Positions 13,091-25,309 of a stretch of 60,759 nucleotides of DNA are shown in pieces. How positions within the stretch are numbered: the first letter of the stretch is position 1; every line of letters begins with the position of its first letter. The DNA lies in contig NC_068983.1 of the NCBI RefSeq assembly GCF_001194135.2, forward strand, positions 155,103-215,861, read 5' to 3'. The notes beneath the pieces were generated by a model that saw nothing but the letters and a program-made list of their open reading frames with translations, did not search any database and was not told the origin of the DNA. Source of the stretch: Octopus bimaculoides. Its lineage: Eukaryota. The position numbers were made by a program, and so were the translations under genes.

Positions 13091-14495
13091 TTCTCCAGTA
13101 GACTACGTAATCAGCGATTTGTTATTTAAAACTGTTATATTTTATTTTCTTTGCTTAGACTATTTCAATATTTATAATATCTATCTTTGTATTTGATAAC
13201 ACAATGTTGATTCTTTGATATAATTTGTTTGAACTGGACACCTGTCATTTCACATGTGTTTTGCTCAGGTATTAGGACATCTCAGATTAGATGCCAAGGA
13301 TTTGAAGAGATGACATTAGCAACTGCTAAGAGACAAAGTTTGAAATCTTGTCAAAGGTTGCAGTACACAAATCTCTGCCCCATCATTTCAGAAATAATTT
13401 TATGAAAATGTGATGAGTTAGGGAACCATTATGATGTAGAGATATCATGTGATGACATGTCGGCAGGTAACATATCTGGGAAGACAACTTGATCACAACT
13501 AATCACTTTCATAGCATTTCAGTAGGTTTCTCTACAGAAAACTAGATTCTATAAAACCTTCAAGAATAGCACAACATGTTACTTGTCAAGGTCAGGTTGA
13601 AGTTTTGTCTCCTCCAACCCCAGAAACCAAATCTAAACACTGCTTCTTAAGAATCCCTCCAAGACATTCAAATATCCTTAGAGTCGAGGAGATACGACAT
13701 TAGAAAGTGGAAGATGGTCTTCAAATTAAAGCCCATGCAAGGCCTTCTTCTGTCATGTAAGTAACTTGGCATCATTGACTTGAGAAGAAAAAAAGGCACA
13801 CAGTACACTCTGTGAAGCGGGTGATGTCAGAAAGAGCTTCCGTCCATCGAAATCCTGACAAAACAGATCTTAGAGCTCTACACAATCCCTTAGGTCATAT
13901 GCTGTCAAACTGTCCAAACCATGCCAGCCTGGAAGACAGACATTAAATAATGATGCTGAAGAAGATGTAATATGTTGTGATCTACCAGAGAAAATACTGC
14001 ATTTGTGATGGAGTTGGCAGTGCAAGATGTAGAAATAAAGTCATCACTGTGATTAAGTCTAACATTTATCACTCGATGACAATAATGCCTGTTTTGTTGT
14101 TGTTTATCATATCCTTACAACAAAATATTTCTGATGTATGAGTCAAAGTGATTTCAGATAAATGCCTACCTCTTCAGAGACAATTGTACATGGAACAACT
14201 GCAGTGTTGTCAGCTGAAACCAATTTGAGAATTTGGGTTAGTTGTTTTGAGGGGTTTTATACATCCATTTTACCACATTAACAGGATATAACTCGGATAG
14301 ACATCTGTTGATTTATTGTTGAAAGAAAATATCTTTTCTTTTTTTTTCTCAAATTGATGAAGTAGGAACTATTGTCAGCCAGGTAGACTGAGAGAAAACC
14401 CTTTCTAAATGTTGTGGGATTCGCAGCCATAGCTGTTGTGCTCATTATTTCCTGTCCAATTAACCAACCTTTCAAAACTGACAGAAACTACTCAC

Positions 14496-14568
14496 CACAT
14501 ATCCTATCTTGATACTTTTCTATGACACGGAGTAATTCCATACTAGATTTCTGAATGGCCCGAAATAT
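14496..14568 (-). CDS. ICA1: ICA1 coding exon
   Basis: Acceptor ttattattgcag, donor GTG|gtgagt, 73 nt, phase 0-1. Translates IFRAIQKSSMELLRVIEKYQDRIC, matching ICA69 LFHSIQRTCLDL...YQKRIC. Phases agree with both neighbouring exons. Confidence 0.95.
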
Positions 14569-15007
14569 CTGCAATAATAAGGAACATGAAGTCATTTGGA
14601 TAGTCTTCAGGGATTTGGTACAGTATTGCTCCAAGGAGTATATAACAGTAAACTATATTAGAACAGTGCGTCTTAATATGAGTTTATGACTGAAGATGTA
14701 AACGACGAGATAACAGGATATATTAATATATATATATCTTAATATATAAAACAACATGGTGGGGTGGGGGGAAAGAAAACTTAGAAAGAGATTTTGATTT
14801 TGTCTTGATTTTACGAACTTGAAACAAACAAGTTGAAATTTAGAGATTAAAGAGTTGGTTTTTAAGAATATTAATTTTAAATGATTTTATTTTTCAATTA
14901 ATTAAACGTAACAATGATATCTAAAACTAAAATATACAGAGTTGAAACAAAATTATGCCATTTTCAAAATATTTCCCAACAGTTTTTTTCTGTGAAGAGA
15001 TATTTAC

Positions 15008-15185
15008 TTCCAACTTGGAGTCCAATTCTTGATCAGAAGCCACAACATGTTCGTCTTCTTTTTTGCCGAGTTTCTTGATAACTGCCTGTTTCGTAGTCCA
15101 GTAGGTTTCTTTCATCTTATGCAATGTTGACTGGTCATTATGTTCAATATAACGGTCTAGGTTGTTGCCATAGTAACTAGTACTC
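15008..15185 (-). CDS. ICA1: ICA1 coding exon (start of arfaptin-homology domain)
   Basis: Acceptor ctttcatttttgcag, donor GAA|gtaaat, 178 nt, phase 2-0. Translates STSYYGNNLDRYIEHNDQSTLHKMKETYWTTKQAVIKKLGKKEDEHVVASDQELDSKLE; GKKEDEHVVASD is diagnostic of ICA69/ICA1L. Confidence 0.97.
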
Positions 15186-15849
15186 CTGCAAAAATGAAAG
15201 ACGGGGACAAGCCAACAGATTTTATTAAAACAGCTTTGTCAACAGTATCATGTTTATAAAGAAGTGAAACATCATTCAATAATGATTGAGAAAGTTGATG
15301 TTAACAAAGAAAATACTTCAATCACGCACTGAAAGCCAATAGGAAAACTTTGAAAGTCTGTGAGAAAGCAAACAAATGGCATTTCTATCCAAACAATTCG
15401 TATAACAAAGACAGCGATGTTTTCAACACACGCACATGTTGGTCATCTGTTAATTACATTCTAACCGACTTTATATAATCTACCATTATCTGACACCTTT
15501 CAAAATTCTTCACACCTGAATGAGTTAATTCAATGGTCAAACTGGTTAAAGTGTGCACACCTGAGATGAAGAGCTGAGATGTGTTCAATCTCTACCATTA
15601 GAACCAGAAAACAAAGCTTGGTCCATCAGAAGAATCGAAATTAGAATGTAGTTGATTTACATTAAGTGATAAATTGGGGAGGAGGGGTAAATTAGCAAAT
15701 GAATCCAGTTAATTAAAACATTACTGTTTAATATATCAATTAACTGGATTAACATATTAATATGAGATAAATCCAGTGACTGGTTGGGATGTCACTGACA
15801 AGGACATACGAAATTACAGAAGCCCTTTGCCCACAAACTAACTGACCAA

Positions 15850-16150
15850 GACAGAATCATTAGACTGTTAGAGAAACCACCTTGTTGTATTTAGCTACAA
15901 CCCTTTACATTCTGAGTTCAAATCCTGCCAAAAAAACTTTGGTTTTATTATTTTTTTTTTTTAATCCTTCAGAGGTCAATAAGTTCCAGTTAAATATTGG
16001 GACAACAGGCTTCGTACTTCACCAGCTCTTGGCTGTTCAGCAATGGTCAGCTAACCATAGGGTGTATATACTTACAGAGGTTTACAGCCCACCCCCACCA
16101 CATAATATAATACCTGTTGGTATTATGTTGTCCCAAAAAATATTAACCCT
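15850..16150 (+). mobile_element. tRNA-type SINE (family 2), decayed; related copies at ~44400-44570 (-), ~52150-52340 (+), ~58730-58860 (+)
   Basis: B-box-like GTTCRAATC/GTTCAAATGC followed by a shared gtcaactttg...tcatcctt body in several copies. Confidence 0.6.
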
Positions 16151-16239
16151 TCAGCATTCAGCATTCACATTGTTCTCAATTAATCAGACATTATCTTGTA
16201 GCTTCAACATTTCAATGGTGTCATCTTCATCATTATCCT

Positions 16240-16945
16240 CATCATTTAATTTAAGGTCTGTTGTACAATGCTGGCATGGGTTGGATGGTTTGACTAGGGC
16301 TAGTAAGCTGAGGGGCTGCACCAGACTCTAGTCTGATTTGGCATGGTTTTCTATGGTTCGATGCTCTTCCTAACACCAACCATTCCAAGAGTGTAATGGG
16401 TGCTTTGACATGCCACCGGCCCAGGTGCCAATTTGCATGGCACCAGTATCTGCCACGACTATGATGTCACTTGGCTTGACGGGTCTTCTCAAGCACTGTA
16501 TATTGCCAAAGGTCTTGGTCATTTGTCATCGTCTCTGTGAGGCCCAGTACTCTAAATGTGCTTTCTACATGCCACTGGCACAGGTGCTAGTTGTACAACA
16601 CCAGCGTCAGCCACATTTGCCTCCATGAGGCCCAATGCTCAAAGAGTGCTTTTTATGTGCCACCAGCATGGATACCAGTTACATGACACCAACAACAGCC
16701 ACAACCATGATTTCACTTGACGGGTCTTCTCAAGCATGAAGTGGTACCAAAGGTCTCAGTCACTGGTCATTGCTTCTGTGAGGCACAACGGTTGAAAATC
16801 ATGTAACCCTAACCCTCATCCCATGTCTTCCTGGATCTCCATCTTCCACAGCGTCCTTCCACTGGTAGAGATCGGCACTTCTTCACACACCTGTCCCCAT
16901 CCATACGCATCACATGACCATACCAATATGTAGCTGCCATCATTG
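16240..16945 (-). mobile_element. RTE LINE 3' portion
   Basis: Tail at 16240, modular 3' UTR and RT C-terminal remnant (cacatgaccatacca) near 16900. Confidence 0.85.
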
Positions 16946-17399
16946 TCCCTCCATTTACCTGACTCTCCCTACCAACCTTTTTGTTTCTCTCATCACACTT
17001 ATATTCTCTCCTTTTTTCACTGTATTAGTCAAACCCTATCTCTCCCCCACCCCCATCATGTTTACTTCAAAAGAACAGAGACAATACAGAGTATAAAGCC
17101 TGCTATGGACCAGATAACCTCTCATGCATTGGTGCCACAATAAACTCTATCAGATATACAGAGGTTGGTGTTAAGAAGGGCATCCAGCTGTCAAAACTAC
17201 GACAAAAATTGGACTTTTGACTTTAAATAAGAACTGACAAGGACAGTGATGACTCATTCGACCCATGGAAGCAGTTGTATGAGGAGAATGAAGACAGAAC
17301 AATGTAATAAATAAAAAAACAAAAAAAAACAGGCATGTCGATGGTGGTGGTTAAGTTTAACCAACAAGTATAATGGTTTATTATAACCATCACAAGGTA

Positions 17400-18060
17400 G
17401 AAGGTGTAGCTGTGTGGTAAGAAGTTTGCTTCTCAACCACATGGTTCTGAGTTCAGTCCCACCGCATCTATAGCCTCAGGGCAACCAAGCACTGTGAGTA
17501 GATTTGGTAAACATAAGCTGAAAGAAGCCCCTCTCTCTCTCTCTCTAGATATATATCATCATCATGTAACATCCGTTGTCCATGCTGGCATGGGTTGGGT
17601 GGTTTGACCAGGGCTGGCAAGCTGAGGAGCTGCACCAGACTCCAGTCTGATTTGACATGGTTTCTACAGATGGATGCCCTTCCTAATGCCAGCCACTCCG
17701 AGAGTGTAGTGTGTGCTTTTACGTGCCACCGGCACTAAGGCCAGTCAGGAGGTACTGGCAACGGCCATGTTCGAAATGGTGTATTTTACGTGCCACCTGC
17801 ACAAGGGCCAGTCTAGCGGTACTGGCAATGAACTCACTCGAATGTCTTTACACGTGCCAGGAAGGCGACGTTGGTAATATGCATGCATGTGCTGTCCCCA
17901 ATATTCTTGTGAGAACATGTTTGGCCATCAGGGAATATTACCTCGTTTGGAAACAGGTGAGGATTGGCGACAGGAAGGGCATCTGACCAGAGAAAAATCT
18001 GCCTAAAATAAATTCCATCTGACCCATGCAAACATGGAAAAATGAATGTCAGATGATTAT
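17400..18060 (+). mobile_element. tRNA-type SINE (family 1) interrupted by an opposite-strand RTE 3' end (17556-17880)
   Basis: A-box-like TAGCTGTGTGG and B-box-like GTTCAGTCC head at 17400-17460. Body and tail at 17900-18060 match the uninterrupted copy at 38862-39275. Confidence 0.7.
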
Positions 18061-19079
18061 AGTCATCACAGTAGTTTGCTGAAGTTGTTCATGTTGGTAT
18101 TGTTGTGTCTAGTAGTGTTGTTGTTGTTGTAGCATTCGAGTAGATGAGATTAATATTTGGTTTTCCTTTGCCACTGAAATGATGTTACAATGTAGAACAG
18201 CCATGACTGGTTTGGTTTTATTAGGTTCTGATGGTTTAGTGAGGAGTAAATAGCGTTAAGTTGGAGACAGTTATGTGGAAGAGAGAGGGGGAGAGAGAGA
18301 GAGAGAGGGAGAGAGAGAGAGAGAGAGANNNNNNNNNNNNNNNNNNNNNNNNNNNNNNNNNNNNNNNNNNNNNNNNNNNNNNNNNNNNNNNNNNNNNNNN
18401 NNNNNNNNNNNNNNNNNNNNNNNNNNNNNNNNNNNNNNNNNNNNNNNNNNNNNNNNNNNNNNNNNNNNNNNNNNNNNNNNNNNNNNNNNNNNNNNNNNNN
18501 NNNNNNNNNNNNNNNNNNNNNNNNNNNNNNNNNNNNNNNNNNNNNNNNNNNNNNNNNNNNNNNNNNNNNNNNNNNNNNNNNNNNNNNNNNNNNNNNNNNN
18601 NNNNNNNNNNNNNNNNNNNNNNNNNNNNNNNNNNNNNNNNNNNNNNNNNNNNNNNNNNNNNNNNNNNNNNNNNNNNNNNNNNNNNNNNNNNNNNNNNNNN
18701 NNNNNNNNNNNNNNNNNNNNNNNNNNNNNNNNNNNNNNNNNNNNNNNNNNNNNNNNNNNNNNNNNNNNNNNNNNNNNNNNNNNNNNNNNNNNNNNNNNNN
18801 NNNNNNNNNNNNNNNNNNNNNNNNNGGGGGGGGCACACAGGGTCAACAGAGGTAGGAGTGATTAGTGATTAAATAGAGAAAAGGAGTGGTTATTCTAGTG
18901 GTGATTGAATAGAGAGAGGGGGAGGGGGGAGATATTCTAAAAGTGATTAAATAGACAAAAAGAGATTATAGCAGCAGTGAATAAAGAGAGAGAGAGAGAG
19001 AGAGAGGTTATAGTATGGTGGTGAGTGTTTGGACATCTGTCAGATGGAATTCTCTTGGATGAAAGTCTGTCCGACTCAC

Positions 19080-21010
19080 CTCTTAGAAGAAAATTAAAAG
19101 TAGATGAAATGGCTGATGAAGAGTGCTGCAAGCTTTATCCAAAAGTGCAGTCAGCTGCAATGGGCAAACGAGTTCAAACAATTTAATTATACAAGTGGGT
19201 GTTCATCAAGGCTCAGTTCTCCACTCCTTACTTATTAACAGTTCACCAAAGCCCATGACACAGATACATTTATGAATGGCTGACTGGAGGAACTAATGCT
19301 GATGGACTTACTGTTTATAACAAGAAAGCAAAGAAAAATAGCAGCAAATATAAGCACAAACTCCAGAAACAAGAGACTCCAGAGTAAACCTGACCAAAAA
19401 CAGGAAAGCACGCACAACCCTGTTACCATCAGAGAAATGGCCATTTTCAATATGTGGAAAAGTATCTGGTAGAAATTCCAAATGGTGTACACAATATGAT
19501 CTGTGGATGCAGAAGAGGTGTAACAGAACCAAAGGAAAGCTGACAAGGAAGAAAGACATTGTGGTAGATGCATAAGATTAAATCGTTAGTAGTTAGGGTA
19601 GTAATGAAATATATGGTGTTTTTATGTGACCAGCACAAGGTGCCTTTTACGTGCCACCAACATGGGTGCCTTTTACGTGCCACCAACACTGGCCATGACT
19701 ACAATTTCATTAAGCTTGACATGTCTTCTCAAGTACAGCAAATTGTCAAAGTCCTCCATCACTTGTCATCACCTCTATTGAAACTCAACATCCAAAAATC
19801 TTGCTTGACCACCTCATCCCATGTCCTCCTGGTCTACCTCTACCACAGGTTCCCTCCACAGTGACCAGCATTTCTTTACGCATCACGTGACCATGCAGGC
19901 GCAGTCGTCTCTCTTGTACACATCTGATGCCTTTTATGCCCAGCTTTTCTCTCAAGATGCTTACACTGTTATACATGCACAATGGCTTTGTTTCTTTCAA
20001 GCCTTCACATATCCTCCATAGCACTAGCATAGCTAGAATGTGTGCCCTCCCGTCTGCCGTCCCCGAACCCCAGAAAAAACACACATTGCCTACAGCAGAC
20101 CCAAAAGTGCTTTATAGTCACAGTCCACATTTCACTGCTGCATAGCATGATTGTTCACACCCAGGCATCAAACAATCTGCCTTTCATGCAGAGAGAGAGA
20201 GAGGCCCTTTGCTCCCAACAAAAGTAGTTCTCTGAACTTCGTCCAGTCTATTCTTCTTATTCTAGCAGCTATGCTCTCACAGCATCCACCACCACTGCTG
20301 ACTTGATCAACTACATAATGAAAGCTCTCTACTACTACTACTACTACTACTACTAAGTATTTCCCAGGCATTTGACAAAATCTATTTCTTGGACGTTCCT
20401 ACTGTTTATTGTACCTGTGCACCTGCACACACAAAGACTACTTTCTCTGTTAACCTTACCCTGATACTGTTGCACCTCTTATATGTCCACAGCTTGTACT
20501 TTGGTTTTTACCTACACCTTTTCTACAGCAAGGCCATCTCCTTGAAGGGATTTGTGATATGTCTGCTTTCCTACTTACTAAGACTTTGATCTCTGCTAAA
20601 TTAACTCCAAAGCCCTTTGATTCTAGACTTTGCTTCCACACCTGAAATTTCTTCTCTAGTTCTGGTAGTGATTCAGCTATAAGAACAAGGTCATCAGCAT
20701 AGAGGAACTCCTATTGGAGGAACTCCTGACTTAAATTCCTCTGTTATAGCCTGGAAGACAAACAATGAACAAGAGGGGGCTGAGAACCAATCTCTGGTGG
20801 ACTACTCTTACTTATACACTAAATTCCTTGCTATATCATTGACGACTTTTACCTTACTGACAGCATCCCTGTGCATGACATTTACAGTTCCCACCAACCA
20901 GTCATCTATCCCTAGTTTCCACATTAACCATCAGATAAGGAAGCAGGATGACTTGTTAAAGGCTTCCTCCATGTCACCAAAAGCCAAATACATAGGCTTA
21001 TTTTTGGCCA
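19080..21010. mobile_element. Cluster of RTE RT fragments (+ 19080-19570, - 19600-21010)
   Basis: GVHQGSVL-like and Cys-finger remnants on +; 3' UTR modules, RT C-terminus, YADD-region and WLV...MHRDAVSKV pieces on -. Confidence 0.8.
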
Positions 21011-21115
21011 AGTACTTCTCCTGCAGCTGCCTTACCAACCCATGCCAACATGGAAAGCAGACATCAAATGATGATATGTCTGACCAGGAATATAGCTGCA
21101 GCTACTTTACCAGAA

Positions 21116-21158
<43 letters not shown>

Positions 21159-21882
21159 GGAGTCAAATTCTTTTACTTCCGACACATGTTTTGAAGATAT
21201 CACTGGTATTATTCCAAAGGAATAAAATGGAGTAAAACAATGTAATCTCCTCTTCAGGGAAAGGAAGAAATGAAACTCGTCAATAAGACATTTTAACAGA
21301 AAATGATGGAAATATAAAATGAACTGAACGCTATTAAGTTTGTTTCCAAAAAAATGTTAGAGGATATAACGTCAAAGGTAGCCTATAGAAGGAGGGGGGG
21401 GGGTTAAAGGAAAGAAAAAAAAACAAATAAATGAGAGGTATATAACAATATGTCATCATGATGATGAAATGAGAAGTATATAACTATATGTATATTAAAT
21501 AAAACCTTAAAGTCTTGGAAAAAAGATATATCTGGTGAATGTGAAATATAGGAAGAAAATTAATGTTTAAATTATATATAATGATAGATATCACTTATAT
21601 GAACTAAAAGTGTGTTTCTGCCAATGTTTACATCAGTATGTACGCTCTATAACCATGTTTACAAGGGAATTTTTAGAAAAAAGAATAATAAATAGTTCAG
21701 AATTACAGGGAAGACAGAATTCCTTGCCTTTGTCATAAGGTATCGAAATTGAGAGAATCAACCAATCTAAATTAAATTGTTTATTGTGGTCTTTTAGATC
21801 CCAAATTAATTTACTAAGTCCTGTACTGTTACGTTTATTCTTTCCATGTTGATCATTAATAAGGGTAAAATACTCACATCTA

Positions 21883-21931
<49 letters not shown>

Positions 21932-21970
21932 CTTTTATAAGTAATATTCTAAAAGAATATNNNNNNNNNN

Positions 21971-22851
21971 TAATAAATTCATAAACTTATCAATAATATT
22001 CTCAGGAAATCAATATTTAATATTTCGAAAGATATATATCCAATATGACATGGTAATATAATAAATTTAAAATATAAAATATAAATATAAATATGTATAA
22101 AAATATGAATGTAGATAAAAATACATGTGAATATAAATGCGTATAAAAATTTATGCGTAATTAAGCATGAATATTGTAAAGTCTAAAATATAAAAAAAAC
22201 TAAAATTTAAAGAATTAAACATCTGACGATCGTTTCGCGGATATTACTTGACATGACGATCAGTCAGACGCTGACACTCGTTGATGCTGCATCGAAGAGG
22301 CCAGGGAATAGAAGAAAGAAGGCATACACCCAACACCAGAGCTGAAGACACCTCTGAAAGGAGGGGCCCCGCCACGTCAAAACGGTAGAGGAGTAGGGGC
22401 CGAAACCGGACGTGGTTCCTCCTGATGATGTCTTGAGCTAACTGGATCCTATAAAGGAGCTGTTGTGGTAGCAGACCACGAAACATGGTTGAAATTCCTC
22501 ACAGTGTGATCAAAAGATCAGCATACTATCAGTAATTCCACTCTTCGGAGATGAATTAAGAACCAATGGTGTATATATAATATTAATTAAAACATTAGAA
22601 ATATTAAAAAATTAAATATTTTGTATTTTAGACTTTACAATATTCATGCTTAATTACGCATAAATTTTTATACGCATTTATATTCACATGTATTTTTATC
22701 TACATTCATATTTTTATACATATTTATATTCATATTTCGTATATTTATATTTTAAATTTATTATATTACCATGTCATATTGGATATATATCTTTCGAAAT
22801 ATTAAATATTGATTTCCTGAGAATATTATTGATAAGTTTATGAATTTATTA
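21971..22851. repeat. AT-rich inverted repeat (arms 21971-22190 and 22624-22851) around a 433-bp spacer with a GC-rich core
   Basis: The arms are near-exact reverse complements apart from an ~8-nt indel region. The left arm begins at an assembly gap. Confidence 0.9.
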
Positions 22852-22896
22852 ATAATATAAAAACACACACACACATATATGTATATATATATAAAA

Positions 22897-22943
<47 letters not shown>

Positions 22944-23842
22944 CACACATCTATTTATATATATATATATATATATAAACACACATAAAAGTAGCCAAGT
23001 ATCTCTTCTGTTGTAACACAGCTCTCTCTCTCACTCTGTCTCTTGGCTTCTTTGTCCTACTGGGGTTAGCCACGAATCTCCTCTGCAGTATGACAGTTAA
23101 TCTCCTTAACTCTTGAATCCCTAACCCCAACCTCTCACCTGGCACATGGCCACTTCTTTCAGTTCCTCACTCTATCTCAGCTGAGACATCCATGTCTAGC
23201 AAGCCACTCGGCAACCTCAAAGGTACTGGTGCCACATGAAACGTGTCCATATTGGCACCACATAAAAAGCATCTGCTACACTCTGTAGAATGGTTAGCTT
23301 TAGGAAAGGCACCCAACTATAGAAACTATGCCAAAACAGATGATTGGGGTATGGTGCAACCCTGCAGGCTTGCCAGCTCCCATCAAACTATCCAACCCAT
23401 GCCAGCATGGAAAACAGATATTGAATGATGATGATGATGACACATACATAGATAAGACAACTACAGATGAATACATACACACACATGTATATGTACATAA
23501 ATCACCATCATCATCATCAACTTAAATGTCCACGTTTGACACCAAACATATCATCTGATAAGGGTCTGATGAGTCCATTGTCTGCCATAGCAGGGTTTCT
23601 ATGGTTGGATGCCTTTCACTCACTTTACAGTATGTACTGAGTGATTTTTTGTGCCAATGGTACTACCGAGGTCACCGTGTACCTCACAGGTCTACAAAAC
23701 CCAAGAAGTGAAGAGTGCATCCTTATGTTAGAAAGGGGTTTAATATATGAGAGAAGTTAGGAGTAGAGTATGTTCTTATTGCAGAAGAGCTACATGACCA
23801 CTCACAATATATTGTCAAAATGATATGAAAGGAAATACTTAC

Positions 23843-23887
23843 GACATGGTGGGATCTTTAGAATATTATTTTGAATTAAAAAAGGTC
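23843..23887 (-). CDS. ICA1: Candidate ICA1 start-codon exon (45 nt; only ATG TC at 23847-23843 coding), giving MSSTSYYG...
   Basis: Acceptor tttctttatatttccag, CCACCATG Kozak context, consensus donor TC|gtaagt in phase 2 (required by exon 15008-15185), and an in-frame TAA upstream of the ATG. Prediction only. Confidence 0.6.
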
Positions 23888-24016
23888 CTGGAAATATAAA
23901 GAAAGCATTAAAGAGTAAAAGAATTAATTTGTAGGTGGGGGTGGGGGGTGGATGATAAACTCTAGGATTTCAATAATCATTGTCATTTGACCTCAGTTCA
24001 GCCACTTGCTCAGCAG

Positions 24017-24048
<32 letters not shown>

Positions 24049-25309
24049 TTAACATCAGTTTTCCAAGTTGGCAGGAGTTGGCAAGGCCGGACAGCTGCAT
24101 CCCGTTCCAATTGTGTGTTTTGGCAGGGTTTCTACAGCTGGATGCCCTTCCTAATGCCAAATACTTTACAGAGTGTACTGGGTGCTTTTTATGTGGCACC
24201 AGTATGGATCTATAATAAAAATAAAAAAATACGGTTTCATCTTGGACTACACATACTTTTCTTAGGAGAACCCTAATGGTTTGGGGGAGATTTGGCTGCC
24301 TTCTGTCATCAAGGATTCTGTGAAATTTTGGAACCTTGCTGATGAAGTCTAAAAACTTTAATTATAGATGTTCCATGTCCACATGTTCTTATAGATCTGT
24401 AATTTAGCCATGGTACTAAAAGGGTCCCCAAAGTTCCTTAAAAAATTCATTAAAGAAACTAATTAACAGATTTAATAGCACCTGCTTAATTAGTGATTGG
24501 GGGGGAGGGGATCATCATATATCAAAGACTGAATAATTAATAATAACGAAGATTGTTAATTACAGAGATAATGGTCAAATGTTACTACAGTATAGGTAAT
24601 AAATATTACAGTTGAACACAACAGGGGATAAGCAGATTAGATTTTCTCCCCAAAAGTTCTTTTAGGGGTCAGCAGCTGAAGAAATAATGTCTGGTCAATG
24701 GAAGAGTATAAGGATTCTGTGAAAGGATGGTCTGACAATTTGGAAACAAAAGAAGTGTGAAGCAATGTTGAGAGACAACAAAGAGATGACATGGAGACTG
24801 TATTTCCTTGAGACTATATTTTAGTATTTTCATCAAACTAACTTACCAAACTTCCATTTCAGGGTATTTTGGAAGTTGCCATTCACAGACAATATTTGGT
24901 AAGAGATGCTAAAACTGTATACTGAAACTTGAACATGGACGACTAACGAAAAGACCCCCACCATTTTGCTATATCTCTGTCAATGGTAGCAATTAGATTC
25001 TAGCTTTTGTTAATCAATGAAGCTAACTTCCTTTTGCATTTTCTTTCATCTTCAGTCCAATATGTCCACTTGCCCATACCCCAGGTATCTACTTCTCTCT
25101 TATCACACTGTCTCCTCTTACACACCCTTGGCCAAATCCCACTTTCCAGAGAACTCCCATCTCCTGGAAATCTCTCCCCTTCTACCCATATTTTACCTTC
25201 ATCCAGCTGTCTAATCAGCTCATAATTATATACCTCCAACCCCCAACACTAGGCTGTCTCTATCCCAAATCTGGGGTTACACAACCATTACAATCCAGTT
25301 AATTATGTA

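Noticed and set aside
14278-14475. ORF MKGWLIGQEIMSTTAMAANPTTF... just downstream of ICA1 exon 14496-14568
   Set aside because: No homology, and too close to the preceding donor for a normal intron.
17400-17460. tRNA-like A/B-box segments (also 15900, 38870, 44500, 49510, 52220, 58800)
   Set aside because: No cloverleaf or acceptor stem; they are SINE heads, not tRNA genes.
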